A stretch of DNA of 63,766 nucleotides, filler included, from Conidiobolus incongruus B7586 (GCA_000697335.1; 15 parts of 15 records of this genome joined end to end with filler, not necessarily neighbours in it), one strand, 5' to 3'. Shown: positions 41,592 to 56,200, numbered from the whole stretch's first letter. The notes: a model not told the origin generated them from the sequence alone. Program-made: numbers and translations.

Positions 41592-43911
41592 TTGTAATCA
41601 GATCACATTCTTTATCACCGCTTCTAATGTTTAATATAATTTTCTTTCAAGTCATTACTCTAACTTAATTTTTTTTAATTTTATAATCTTTTGGTTTCAA
41701 ATAATACAATAATAAAATTTGACTTTTGATTTTAATTAATAATTCAATTTCACAACATATATTTCACACGTCATATATATTTTGATTTTATTGATTTTTA
41801 TTTGGATTATGTCATACTGTTGTAACATTCATATGATACTTTTATTAATAGTACTTAATTAATATATCTTAACTGGGATAATTTAATTTTTCCACCAAAA
41901 TTTGAGGTTATTTTGATAATTTATGGAAATCAATATATTATATAGAGATTTGATTAGAAATTTGTGAAAGAAAAATAGTATATTGTTTATAAATGATTAA
42001 TATTGAATAATTAATAGAAGGTTATTAACATTGATAAAATTGAATGAAATATGTATAATATGAGATATATTAATTATTTTATTTAAACATCATTAATTTC
42101 TTTAAAATGAATAAAAAATCAAAATTTAATAATTAAATTAATTTATATTTTATTTTTAACAAGAATAAAAAATAATATTTTAATTAATTTTTATAATTAA
42201 ATTTTATTAAAATTTTTGATTTTGTTAATTAAACTTTATAAAATAATGGGATAATAATTAATAATATATTATTAATTATTTGAAATTGAGTTAAAATTTT
42301 GAAAAATTAATATTTATCAAATTTTGTTCTTTTTTATTTTATAGTAAAAATTTCAAATTTTTAAATACTAATTACTGAATATAAGATTAAATAATAAAAT
42401 TTTTCAATTGAAAATATAAAATAAGATATTATAAATTGGAAGGATAATTATTAAAATTTTGAAAATTTTATTTTTTAATTTGATTTACCTAATTTATCAA
42501 ATTTCAAAAATTGATAGTGTAGTTTATTAATAAAATTAAATTAAATATCAACATCATAAGCATAACTAGCCAATTAATATGATATTATATATTAATATTC
42601 ATTTGATGATCAAATCATATATAATTTACCTAACATCATTATTAAAAAAAACTTATAAATTTTATTATTAATTTTATTTAATATTTTTAAATAGATTTTC
42701 CAAAAATACTAAAATGTTATATAATTTATTGATTTTTAAATATATAAATAATTAAACTTGAATTTATATTATTATATTAATTTTTGATAAATTTTAAATT
42801 ATTAAAATAAAAATGATATTTATTATTAATATGATTATTTTGACTATATCTATTATATATAAAATAATTATATAATCAAAAAAATTATAAAATACTAATA
42901 TGTCATAATAGCATCAAATATATCAAATTAATAACATTGGTTTTTTCATTAATTGATTATATTTGACATTATACAAAGATATATTTTATTTATTATTTTA
43001 AATGAATTATATTAAAAATAATTTGAAATAAATATTAGTAATTTTAAAATTATGATTAATTTATCAATTACTAATTATCTTAATTAAAATAAATACTTAG
43101 GATGATATGATTGTTATTAAAATAAAGAAGGTATAAATTAATTTATTAAATTTAACAAAATATATTTAGTCAAAAATAATTGGTAGGAAATATGGAGATA
43201 AATAATGTTATCATAATATTTAATTTAATATAATAAAAAATTAAAAATGAAATCAATATTTGATTAAAAAATTTTATTAATTAATTATATATAACTGAAT
43301 AATATAAATATATTATCTGAATTAATATTAATATAATATTAATATATTTTTATTACTCTTAAATTTCTCTCATAGTTATATATATTAAATTATTAACAAT
43401 ATAAAAATAATCTTGGAAAATCAAATAATCGATATTTATTAATCAATATATAAATTACATAATTATCAGAACTACTAATATATTTTATTATGTTAATTTT
43501 AAATATAAATATTATAGATTGAATTAATAAACTACTTATAATAGTTTATACTATGAAACTTTTAATTTATTTAATATTTCGATAACATATAAAAATAGAA
43601 ATTAAAAAAATAAGAGGTCTTAATAGTAATAGTATAATATAAAATAATCTATTCTGATATCAATTTTAAATAGTTAATGANNNNNNNNNNNNNNNNNNNN
43701 NNNNNNNNNNNNNNNNNNNNNNNNTTAATTAATTAANNNNNNNNNNNNNNNNNNNNNNNNNNNNNNNNNNNNNNNNNNNNTTTAAATTTAATAGTTTAAA
43801 ATAAATAATAAACAACTTATTATAAAAAAATAAATATCAGTTAATAAATTTATTAAAATATTTAATTTTAAATTTTATAACTTTTTATAAGATTATTTTA
43901 AAAAAGCTAAT

Positions 43912-45492
43912 AATATATATATAAATGTAATAATAGTTAAATTAATATAGTATAGAGGAAAACTTAATATAAAATAATGTAGCATAAAATGTGATAGGGT
44001 AATATAGGATATAGTGTGTAAATGCAAACAAAGGTTAGTTAAGCTTTAAATTAAAATAAGTCACTAATATATTAAGATTTCAATTAGATAGGATTGATAT
44101 ACTATAATATTGATAAAATATAATTTTAATTTTAAGAATAATGAAAGAGATAAAAAATAGTTAGAATTGAAAAAAAACCTTGTTTATTAAATAATTAAAC
44201 TTTATTTATATAATTAATTTAACTATAAAATTATAAATTAACTATATAATTTATAATTAATTTAATTTTATTGAATTATATATAAGAATTTAAAAAATTA
44301 GTCTCTTAATATTCTTTTAATAAGTTTCTTAAAAAAGACATATTCTCTAGATTTTTACAAATAGGTATAATAAGTTAAAGTATTTTTAATATTCTCTAAT
44401 AATTTATATATAGCTTCTTTAACAAAATCACTTATTTATTTTATATAAAAATAAAGTTTATTTCTAATAAATTTAAATTTAATTATATAATCAACATAGT
44501 ATTATTTTTTTATCTTAATTAATAACTAAATTTACTTTTAGAGCTTTTTATTAATTAAGAAATATATTAAAGTTTTAAAAATAAAGCTTGATTTTAGATA
44601 TGTGAAAAGTTAATCCTCAAAGATAAAGGTAATTCTAAAATATTATTCTTAAAATTTAAGTTAATATATTAAATTTTATAGGGATTATAGTATAATAATA
44701 AGTATTATAAATTTAAATTAAATTTAAGTGAAGTAAGTTTAAAGGTAAATTATTCTAAGTAAATATACTAGTTTTATATTTAATAGGATTTTTAAATAAC
44801 TTTAAATATTATTGTTTTATAACCTTTTAATTTTCTTCTAAGTTAAATTTAATAAGGGAATTAATATATTTAATATTAAATTAAAATTTTATAATATTTA
44901 AAGATAAATTAATATAAAGTTTTAAAACAATTATTTAATTAAAATGTTTGTTATATTTAATGAAATAAAAATTAACATCTTTTAATTTATTGATAAAAAT
45001 ATCAAATAAATATTAAAGTTGGAAGATATAGGCATTTTAATTTAAATGATTAATATTAATATAAGTTTTAATTATTTGCATTAAAGTTTTAACAATTTTT
45101 TTAACAAGTTATTAATTTAGTAATAATCGGTAAGAAATATAGATATGTTAATTTTGAGGGAAAAAAATAATAATTTCTAAAATTAAAATTTGAATTATAT
45201 ATCTCTATTAAATAAAATAATTTTTAAAATTTTATATTAGGTGAAAATATTAAAGAATAATAATTATATAATATCTTTAACTATAAATGTTTTGAAATAA
45301 AGAATAAAATAAATATATTTAAAAAATAAATCAATAACAAATAGTAAGTTATTATAATTATTTATTAACTTAAGAGTTTTTATAAAATTTATTTAGATTT
45401 GTTATTAAATTTTATTAAAACTTATAAGGGAATAAGTTTATTATATTTTAATTAGGTATTATATTTATTTCTTTAATATATATTATAGGTAT
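43912..45492 (-). mobile_element. Degenerate chromodomain-bearing Ty3/Gypsy 3' end; 3' LTR about 44322-43912
   Basis: Minus strand reads NPYKI (GPY motif)...LELPLSLRI/TFHISKIKLY...YYVDYIIK...LYFYIK*ISD...ATYEP-like..LENIK (chromodomain). A purine remnant follows, then a ~410-bp segment that recurs inverted at 61266-61675. Confidence 0.75.
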
Positions 45493-45592
45493 NNNNNNNN
45501 NNNNNNNNNNNNNNNNNNNNNNNNNNNNNNNNNNNNTTAATTAATTAANNNNNNNNNNNNNNNNNNNNNNNNNNNNNNNNNNNNNNNNNNNN

Positions 45593-46173
45593 TAGTTAAA
45601 TTATAAGGTATTTATTTTATATTTTTATTTATTAATTTGAGTTTAAACTTTAATATATATAAAATACTTATAAGATTAATATTAAAGTACTTAAATAATT
45701 TTCTAATTGAAATAAAAAGATGTTTTTCAATATATTTTTTGACTCAATTAATAATTAAAAGAGTAACAGTTAAAGTTAGTTTTTTAGATTTTAACAAATT
45801 TTAGATAATTTCTCTTTTAATCTTAAAGTAATTTACTTAACAATAAATTATTAATTTAGATAATGCTTTATTATTAAAAGATACTTATAAATTTTAAATA
45901 ATTTTAAAAGGTTTATAGTTAAGTTTTACTAATACTAAAATAAAAAACTTTTGATGATTATTTTTTAGTTTAAATATAATTAAATTAAACAACCAATTTT
46001 AAAAAGTTAATTTTTTAATCAAAAAAAACTATTATATATATATATATATATATATTAAAAATATATAATTTCCTATTAACTTTGTATATATTTATTTATT
46101 TATTTCAAATTAATAATATATTTGAAAAATCAGAAATTAAAAAATTTCCTATTATTTTAAATTCAAAGTAATA
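45593..46173 (-). mobile_element. Mariner 5' half with TIR
   Basis: Highly similar by eye to 63250-63766. Ends AAAAAATTTCCTATTATTTTAAATTCAAAGTAATA. Confidence 0.8.
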
Positions 46174-47680
46174 ATTTCTAGTTTATATATATAATTGCTA
46201 ATATTCTAAAAAATTTATATTTTGATCAATATAAATTAAAATTTTTATCAATTAATTATTTTAAATTTTCCATGAGTAAAATATAATATTAAACAACTAT
46301 AACCAATGATAGCAATCAAAAATTTTTCAATATTATTATAAATTAACTAATTTCTTTTTATTTAACAACTATAAAAAATTCTATTATACTCCTATTGACT
46401 CCCTTTACTAAATTAATTGAAAAATTCAAATTATTTAACAATATAAGTGAATTTTACTTTTAATAATATATTACTGAATGAATCCTATAAAATATCAAAA
46501 TTGAGTTTGAATGTAACTCTTTGAAAATTCAATATTCTATTTCTATTTCTGATTTAACTTTGAAATTAATAAAGTTCATAAAATTTAATTTGGTTAAAAT
46601 TTTAATAAATTAATTTAATATTAAAAATCTATGTAAAAATGGTTTTCTGAATTCAAATATTAGTAAATATCAAATCATATTATGTATAGTATTTAATATA
46701 CATTTGTTAAACAATCATTATTGATCCAATATTCAAATATCAATAATAGACACTGATTGAAATAACAAATGTTATACTGGTAAATAACTTAAATTATTTT
46801 ATTATTTAATAATAAACTGTTAAAATTTAAGTTAATTATTATATAATATATATTAATAATATGATTTTCTTTAGTTAATTCAAGTTAAAGGAATGTAAAA
46901 ATCATACAAGATAGATATAATATGTTGTCTGTATCTATGATATATATTTTATATTAAGAATATATTAAATAATTTTTGAATTATTATTTTAAAATTTTTT
47001 CAACTATAAAGTATATATTAAAAATTAATATTAATTTTAATTTTAAATAAATTTGTTATTATATAACTATGATAATTAAATTATTAATCTGTAAACATAG
47101 GATCAGTTCAGAAAATACATTAAAAAATATATGTTTGAAAAATAATTCAAGATTGCCAATAGATAGTTTTGAATGATGCTTTTCAGACAAATTAATCAAT
47201 AATATAACTTTGTTTATATTAAACTTTGGTAATTACTATTGTCGTATAATTTTGTATTTAATATTATCCTTTTATCAGTTTTAAATATTTTATATTTCAA
47301 TTTTGATCCATTCATCTGAAATTAATAAATTCACGTTAATTGATTTTAAAGTTTGAAACAAATCACTGAAAACAATTTTGGAGAAAAATTTCGATTGAAT
47401 CTAGATCAAACATAAGGAAATTGAGTACTTTAAATCATTTAAATGATTGGATTATGATGAAGAAAGTGGTAATAATATAATCTAGGGACTGAGGAATTAA
47501 AATTGCATAGAAAAGCCCCAAAACCAATTTGAAGTAGCGGAGAAGAATAAACATAGTCTATTATTATTTTGACTATTTCCTAATAAAAGTATGCCAACGA
47601 GGAGTGTATTAGCTATAGACTGCTATAATATAATTATATATACATTCATATAATTCCTGATATCTTTCAAAGTCGATAAT

Positions 47681-48981
47681 ATGAAATTAATTGTATCATT
47701 TCTTATAGCTGCTTTCATCGCCTCTACAAGTGCTCAATCGCGATGTCCTAACAGCGTTCGTCAGTGTCCTAAATACCTTACTATGAGTCAAGCCGATAGG
47801 GATAAATTTCACAATGGCATCAAAACTTTGAACACTCAACAGGGAAATAATCTCTATGCTAATTTCACAGCTACTCATAGCGCTGTTGGGAGCGGAGCTC
47901 ACGGTTCTCCAGGTTTCTTTGCTTGGCACAGAAAATTCATTAGAGAATTCTAGAAAGCTCTTCAAAGGGCAGACTCGAGCATTATGCTTCCGTACTGGGA
48001 TTGGAAAAGAGACACTTAAGCTCCTGAAACGAGTCAGATCCTTTTAGAGAATAATATGGGTCCAAATGGTGGTAGTTCCAGAACTGGAGGATGGATTACC
48101 AAGGATCCCTTTGCTGGATGTAGAGTACAAAGTCTCAACAGTAACTGTGTAGCCATATGTTTTTCAAATGGTAGAACCATTCCATCATGGACTACTCCTG
48201 TGATTCTGGATAACTATTTGAATCAACAGCAAAGTTATGATCGTTTTAGACAACGAATTGAAGGTACCGGACATGCTTTGGTACATACCGGCATTGGTGA
48301 CAACTATGGTGATATAAGTTTTATGTACTCTACCAACGATCCCATTTTCTGGATATATCTTGCATTTATTGATATGATCTGATATGAGTGGGAGCAGCGT
48401 AATCCTAGTAGAGCTAAAGACTACCCAACCAATCCAGATACTACTAGATTGGCGACTTGGGGAATTCCAGTTTCCTCTACATTTAACACACAGTTCTGAG
48501 TATTGCTATACCTATCTCAGGCAGACTGTGAATGCACCATCTGTTGATTCAAATACACCTCCAACTTTTACCTCTACTATTACAACAACTCGACCCGCAT
48601 CTACTACCACGACTACTCGACCATCTACTACTATTACTACTACAACTAGATCAACCACGACCATTGTTAATGATACTACCACTAATCCATTTGGAAGCTG
48701 TCCAACCGGAACTCTAGGAGTCATTATTGGTTGCCGTACAGTTCGTCGTGCTCTTGATATTGCGTCACTTATTCCTCAAATTCATAAATTTCTAGGTTAA
48801 GTCGCCCCCAATGACCGTAGGTCAACTTCTAAGATTCGTGTTTCATCCCCAAGTCCCAACTTCATTAATCCAAAGAAGTGGAATTGATGCCACTCTCGCT
48901 CTTCAAGGTTATCTTCTATTTACAATCATTGCTTGTAAATTGAATTTACTTCCTAATTACAAGACTTTGGCCAGATTGTAA
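47681..48981 (+). pseudogene. Secreted tyrosinase (di-copper centre) pseudogene
   Basis: Signal peptide MKLIVSFLIAAFIASTSA; CuA H..AHGSPGFFAWHR; LPYWDW; CuB GHALVH...STNDPIFWIYLAFID with HH changed to YL; Thr-rich linker. Stops at 47951, 48017, 48380 and 48798; frameshifts near 48490 and 48850; restored C-terminus ends ...LNLLPNYKTLARL*. Confidence 0.9.
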
Positions 48982-49204
48982 ATTTTTGATATATTTTTAT
49001 CAAAAATTAATTAAAATCATCAATTAATTTTCTATTAACCAAATAATATATTAAATATTTATATATTTATTTATAAATGATTATATTAAATTGAAAGATT
49101 TTCAATAAATTATATTTATTCAATACTCAAAAATATTTTTATCATATTTTTTACTATACCATAATATACAGTTATATTATAATATAAATAAATTCAATTT
49201 ATTA

Positions 49205-49800
49205 ATTATTTTGTATTAAAAGAATAAAATGACAAAAATTCTAATTTCTGATTTTTCCAATATAGTGCTAGTTTTGAAAAATTAAATATATATAAAATAT
49301 ATAAGGGAATGTATATTTTAAAAATATATATATTTTTTATAATCTATTGTATTAAAATAATTCTTAATATAAATTAGGTTAAACTGGATTAAATTTAAAT
49401 TAGATAATAATTATCAAATATCTTTAATTTCAATATTATTAACACTCAACCATAAACCCTCTAAAATTATTTAAGATTTACTCATAGCTTATAAATATAA
49501 TCTTTTATTCAAATCTACTATTAAATATTGGATGAATTATATCAATAATAAAAAAAGATATTTTTTTAAAAATCAATAAAATAAAAAAAATATATTAAAA
49601 ATATATTTTTAATTTATTTAAAGAGTTATCTAAGCTACTTAATATTAATTATATAAGTATTTTATATTTATTAATATTTATACTTAGATTAATTAATAGA
49701 AATATATATTAGATACCATATAATTTAACAAAAGCTTAAAAAAGCTAAAACTATAATTAAACAAGATTTATTAAAATAAAATTAAAAACAAAAGCTTTTA
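49205..49800 (+). mobile_element. Mariner 5' half (divergent subfamily)
   Basis: AATTTCTGATTTTTCC and CTCAACCATAAACCCTCTAAAATTATTTAAGATTTA align to 50520-50700. Confidence 0.7.
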
Positions 49801-49974
49801 TGATAAATTATTATAATTAATGAATATTAGAAATTTTTATATAACTTTTTACTTAAAAATAAATAAAATATTCANNNNNNNNNNNNNNNNNNNNNNNNNN
49901 NNNNNNNNNNNNNNNNNNTTAATTAATTAANNNNNNNNNNNNNNNNNNNNNNNNNNNNNNNNNNNNNNNNNNNN

Positions 49975-50482
49975 TTATATAATTAATTTATTTTTTTATT
50001 TATAATATAATATATAAGATGAAATTTAATTAAATATTAATTAATATATGTAAATTAAAAATATATTTATAATAAGATATTAATTTATAGGTTATAATAT
50101 TGATATAAAAATTAATATCTAATATATCCATTATTTGCTTTTCTAACCTCTTTAATTTTTTAGGTTATAGAATCAACTAGCTTCTTATATTAGGCAAAAC
50201 TAATATTATTCTTAGTTTCTTAAATATATTCTTAAAATTGATTTAAATTTTTTATTAAAAGGAAAGCTTTAATTTATTTTTTTAATTAATCCTAAAAATA
50301 TTTAATTAGGTTAAGATTAAGAAATTAAAAAAACTCTCTCATAAATATTAACCTATTATTCTTAAGTTATTTGATAGTAAAAGCTATAGTATATTAAAAA
50401 TAATTATCTTATTAAATAATAATATTAAATTTATTTAACCTATATTATTTGATAGTTTTTTTTATGTAAAATTTAATAATCT
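49975..50482 (-). mobile_element. Tc1 (DD34E) 3' part, interrupted by the mariner at 50483
   Basis: Minus strand TAA TTT CTT AAT CTT AAC CTA ATT AAA TAT TTT TAG reverts to QSPDLNPIEYFW by transitions only. Direct match to 58050-58540. Confidence 0.8.
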
Positions 50483-51739
50483 TATTAATATAAAATTAAA
50501 AAAATGGCAAATTTTTTAATTTTTGATTTTTCAGATATATTATTAGTTTTAAATAAAAATATTTATATACAAAAAAAATAATTTTTTAATATTAGTTATT
50601 TAATTTAATCATACTTACACCAAATAGTAATCATCAAAAGTTTTTTATTTTAGTATTAGTAAAACTTAACCAAAAACCCTCTAAAATCATTTGAAATTTA
50701 TAAGCAGTTTTTGGTAATAAAATATTATCTAAGTTAATAATATATTACTTGGTAAATTACTTTAAGCTAAGACAGAAACTACCTAAAACTTGCTAAAATT
50801 TAAAAGATTAATTTCAACTATTACTCTTCCAATTATTAATAAAATAAAAACATATATTGAAAAGCACCTTTTTATTTTAGGTAGAGAATTATCAAGACAC
50901 TTTAATATTAGTTACATAAGTATTTTATATATATTAAAGTTTAAATTAAAATTAATTAATAAAAATATAAAATGGGTACATTATAGTTTAACTAATGCTT
51001 AAAAACAAGCTAGAGTAGTTATTGCTAAACAAAACTTACTAAGGTATAACTAGAAACTAAAGCTTTTATAATGAATTATTACAATTAATGAATCTTAGAT
51101 TCTTTTATATAATCCTTTACCAAAACATAAATCAAGGTGTTAAATTAAGCTAAATCAACCCCCTTTATAAATTTCTTTTAATAAATACTTTATTGAAAAA
51201 TAAATATTAATTATTATAATAGACTATAATCATATATAATATTTTTATTTAGTTCCTAATGGAAAATTAATTAATAGTAAACTTTATATTTCTTTTTAGA
51301 TAAAACTATTTCTAATTGATATTTTTAATATCATTTAAAAAGGTTTATTATTTTGCATAATAATTATAAAATATATAAATCTAGAGATATAAAAAACTTT
51401 TTAATTAAAAATAACTGGAAAAAACTAATATATCTAATATATTCCCTAGATTATAACTTATGTGATTATAATTGTTTTAGGCAATTAAAAAACCAGCTTG
51501 CAAAAAGAAATATTTTTGCAAGAAAATTTAATTAGTTTGTTAAATATTAAATTTCAGTCTTTAATAAAAAGAACAGTTTTTTAAGTGTTAAATCTTTGCT
51601 AAAACTATAGCAAAAAGTTATTAGATATAAAGCAAATTATTAATTTTATATTATATATTTATTTTTACTTCTTATATATTAAAATATTTATTTTTTATCA
51701 ATTGCAAAAAATTCCCATTATTTAAATTACAAAGTAATA
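50483..51739 (+). mobile_element. Full-length (~1.25 kb) dead mariner, DD34D
   Basis: HTH region, WVHYSL (WVPHEL motif, 50973), ITINES*I (TxDExW) and LHNN-x-YSLDYNLCDY with exactly 34 residues between the 2nd and 3rd catalytic positions. TA-flanked ~30-bp imperfect TIRs. Explains ORF calls 50790 and 51353. Confidence 0.9.
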
Positions 51740-52217
51740 ATATATTCTTATTTTAAATATATTTATTTAATCTCTCAATATATTTTTTATTAAATATTAA
51801 TATATAACTTTATATCATATTTCAATTTTTTTTTTCGAACAAAATAATATAGTTATTATAAAATAATTTTCATTAACAAAATGATTTAATTTATTATATT
51901 TTAGAGTAAAATTTTAATAATATTAAATAACTAGAATTAATTTTAGTTAAAATTTAATAATGAGTTTTTAATTATTATTTCTTTTTAATGATTATCTTTA
52001 TCAAAAATATTTTAATATTTATATAATATTTATAATAATATTGAACAATTGTCAAATATAGTTTTTTAATTATATTANNNNNNNNNNNNNNNNNNNNNNN
52101 NNNNNNNNNNNNNNNNNNNNNTTAATTAATTAANNNNNNNNNNNNNNNNNNNNNNNNNNNNNNNNNNNNNNNNNNNNATATATACAATTGTTTTAGTTAT
52201 TAATTAATATATATATA

Positions 52218-52254
52218 TTTTTGATTTTATAACTTACTTTTTCAGGTTAGTGTA
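52218..52254. mobile_element. Isolated Tc1 TIR terminus (also at 62536-62570)
   Basis: TTTGATTTTATAACTTACTTTTTCAGGTTAGTG-TA; reverse complement begins TA-CACT as in Tc1-type ends. Confidence 0.7.
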
Positions 52255-52289
52255 TATATATTTTTAATATTATAACTTATTTTTATAAG

Positions 52290-53243
52290 TAAATGTAAAA
52301 TATCTTTATAAAGTTAATTAGGGAATTAATAACAAAATATATTAAAATATTTTAAATAAATTAAAAAAACCATTAAATAATATAGGTTAAATAAGTTTAA
52401 TATTATTTTGTTAAAAGATAATATTATTTATTATATTATAACTTTTATTACCAAATAATATAAAAATAACAAAATAATAGTTATAAAATAACTTTTATAA
52501 TTTTTTAATATTAACTTAATTAAATATCTTTAGAATTAGTTTAAAATAGCTATTAAAGCTTTTTTTTTAATAAAAGATTTAAATTAACTGTAAAAATATA
52601 TTTAAGAAATATAAAACAAGATTAATTATTATTAATATAAGGAGTTAATTGATTTTATACTTTATAAACTTAAAAAAGTTAGAAAAGTTAAAGATAAATA
52701 TTCTAAGTTATAATTTCTTTTATTACCAAAAACCTATAAATTTATAACTTAGCTTAAGTAAAATTTAATAATTTATATTTCAACTAATTAATAGATAAAT
52801 ATCACTATTTAATAATAAATATTGTTAATAAATATAATAGATTTTAATTATTTTAATTTAAGTTTATTTTAATAAATATTAATTAAATTATTAGTAAAAA
52901 TAAATATATTTTTAATTTTATCACTTATTTTTATAGGTTAATATATTAATTTTAAAATATTAACTTAATAGTTTTATATTATATAATATAATAAAAAAAA
53001 GAAAAAAGATATATATAAGTTTTGTTATTTATAACCCTTTAACTAATAAACTAACAAACTTATTACTCATTTTAGTTAAATTTTAAGCTTTAATATATTA
53101 ACCAATAGTTAATGAAATATAGTCAAATATAATTAATTATAATCAACTATTATAAGTTAATTATATATCATAATTTAAATTTATTTAGTTAAGAATATTT
53201 TAGAATTTTGGTAAATATATAAGTTATTTAACTTTATGACTTA
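52290..53243 (+). mobile_element. Tc1 3' half including long right TIR (about 52985-53243)
   Basis: Inverted match to 58170-58590; 52985-53243 matches 59235-59490. Confidence 0.75.
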
Positions 53244-56200
53244 NNNNNNNNNNNNNNNNNNNNNNNNNNNNNNNNNNNNNNNNNNNNTTAATTAATTAAN
53301 NNNNNNNNNNNNNNNNNNNNNNNNNNNNNNNNNNNNNNNNNNNTTAAATATTAATCAATTTAATATTTAATATAATACAAAATCATAAATTTTAAATAAA
53401 GTGAGATATAAATATATATCATTATATTTTTAGTTAATATATAATTTAAAATTTTTTTATTTTTAACTTTTATTTGTTTTTTTATTTGTTAACTAATATT
53501 ATTATTTATTTCTATGATATGGAATAAAATTAATATTAAAAAATTTAAAAATTATTTATAAAGGTTCTACTTTATATGAATCAAATTTATTAACAATATT
53601 TAGAAAGTTACTAATTTTATTATTGTTAACTGGTTTATCACAGATACAATAATTAAAAATATGATAAGTAAAATTCAAACTTAAACTTAATTCATAAAAA
53701 TTATAAAAAAATATTAAAAAATAGAATTATAAGCTAAGTAATATAGTTAAATATAACTTTATCATTATATAGAAGAAAAATTTATAATAAAATATAATAA
53801 TAATATTTGTTAAAATAATATTATATGATTTAATATAATAACAAATACCATTTATATATTTAGTATAAATACCTATAACTATTATAAGATCCTATTAAAA
53901 AGTTACAAAAGTAATCAAATAATAATATTATATATAAACTAAAATTTTTTAAATAAAGGTAATTTAAAATTACTAATATATTAATTAATTTAAACAAAAA
54001 TATTTCAAATAAGACAAAACACTATTTTCAGACTATAATGTTATTTTGACTCAAAAAAAATATAATCTTGGCATAATCATAGTTCAATAATATAGTGTAT
54101 TTAAATCAAATATATTAATATAAATTTCATATGATAATTCAAATTAAAATTGACTCAATATTTCAAAATATTTAAATAAATAAACCATAAATAATATAAG
54201 ATATATAATAAAAAGTGTTTTTTAATTATAAATTAATTTTTGTTAACAATCTTCTTCAATTATTAGACAGTTGAAAAATATTTAAATAATAAGCATATGA
54301 AGTGGTTTGGTTTGAATATTTAACCTTAAAATAATTAAACACATTTAGTCAAAATATAAAAAATTATATAAATTTTTGTAACTACGAAATATTTAAGCTT
54401 TTGGATTAGAGTTTTAATACTAATAACAAAATTAATCTTTTGTACTTTCAGAATTTAATAAACTCTATACCATAAAAATAAATGAAAGGATAAATAAAAA
54501 ATTAATTTACAAAATTTCCAAATTTTCCTTTATTACTAATGCACTGAAATTTATGACTCACTTAATATAAGCACTTAGTTACTATATATTATTTAAGAAA
54601 TAATATAAGATAAATAAATTTATTTGATTATTATTTGATAATATTAGATTATTAGATATTTATGTTATTATATTGGAATTATTTTGTTCAAATATTATCA
54701 TTATTAAAGATCAATAAATGTGAAATTTATGAACGTTTTAGACAAATTTAAAAATATATATTTTTACTATTTATTTCATAATATATAATAATTAATATTC
54801 CTAATCTCATAAAATAATTGAAAAATAAAAATCTAATTTAATTTTTTGATTATTATATCAATATATACAATAAATTCCAATATAAATATTTTATTAAATC
54901 AAAAATTTAGATACAATTATATAGTTAAAACAATATATTAATATATTATTCTCAATAAAATTATAATCGAACAATTATAAATATAATTTATAAAAAATAT
55001 GAAAAAATTAAATATCACGATGGTAATATTAAATAACTTCCATTCGAATTGATTTATTCAAAATATCAATTTTTAATTTTATTACACAATAATCATTTGA
55101 TAAAATTATACTAAAATAATTATGTGAAAAATAGAAAACTGTCATATTTACAAAACAATTAATTTAAAATGAAATTTATTTTTATGAAAATAAATTTATA
55201 TATATTAAGGGTGATTAAATATCATTAATATTATCATTATATTTGAAATTTTGTCAATGTCATTTTTTAGTATTTGAATAAATATGTTGAATAATTTATA
55301 CATTAATAAATATTTTGAAAAATAATTTATTATTAAGTTTGTTATGATTAAGTTGATATAGTATTAACGACTAAAGCTCTCAACGAAATTTGGATATTTT
55401 GAATAGATATATATTATATTAACAAAATATCTTGATATTTGGATTTAATATACAAATTATAACTATTTTATTTATATGATTTCAAATGGTAAATTAAAGG
55501 AAAATGCATTGATATTTATTGTGGTATAAATTTTTTAAATAATATATATACTATATAGAGAATAAATTATTTACTTAAATTCAATTATATAAATCCATAT
55601 AAGAAATTTTTACACAAGTATTAATAATTGCATTTAAAAGATTTATTTCAAATATTTTAAAATCAATGTGATATTTGATTAAGATATTTCAACAAATTGA
55701 GGATTAATTGTATTCATTAAATGTAATCAAATTTATATCTAATAAAAATGAATGAATGAAAGATAAATTTATATTATATAATTAAAAGAACATATTATTT
55801 AAAATCTGCAATAAAAATCAAAGGAATATAAATGGATTCTATGTTGAAATATAATATTTTTTTCGTAAGTTTTGAATTGTTAATAATTATTAAAATTAGC
55901 ATAAATAAATTAATGAAAATATGATTTTGATATGGATTGAATTAAAATCAATAAATTGATTCCACCGAAAAAAACAAATTGATTAATATGAGAAATTTAA
56001 TAATATATTTTTATTTTATCTCATTTTTTTTTATTCTTCACAAATTTAATAGAAAATAATTTTCAATTTCAATTTAAAATATAAATTGAAACAAAAAATA
56101 TATATTAATAATTATATATGCAAACAAATTGAGTAGCAAATAAATAAATGAAATAAATAAAATATTATAAGAGTTGATATAAAAATTTTATATATTTTAC

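Noticed and set aside
47951..48800. Stop-codon readthrough, alternative genetic code or A-to-I editing rescuing the tyrosinase
   Set aside because: All three stop types occur, at positions needing different residues, plus two frameshifts and a lost copper ligand. Intact genes here terminate normally at TAA/TAG.
8756..48981. A functional gene cluster linking the genes
   Set aside because: Unrelated functions, kilobase spacing and no shared pathway; no prokaryotic operon, CRISPR, tRNA or rRNA signal seen.
50790..51535. ORFs 50790-51002, 51353-51535 and 63271-63456 as genes
   Set aside because: Stop-free fragments of dead mariner transposases.
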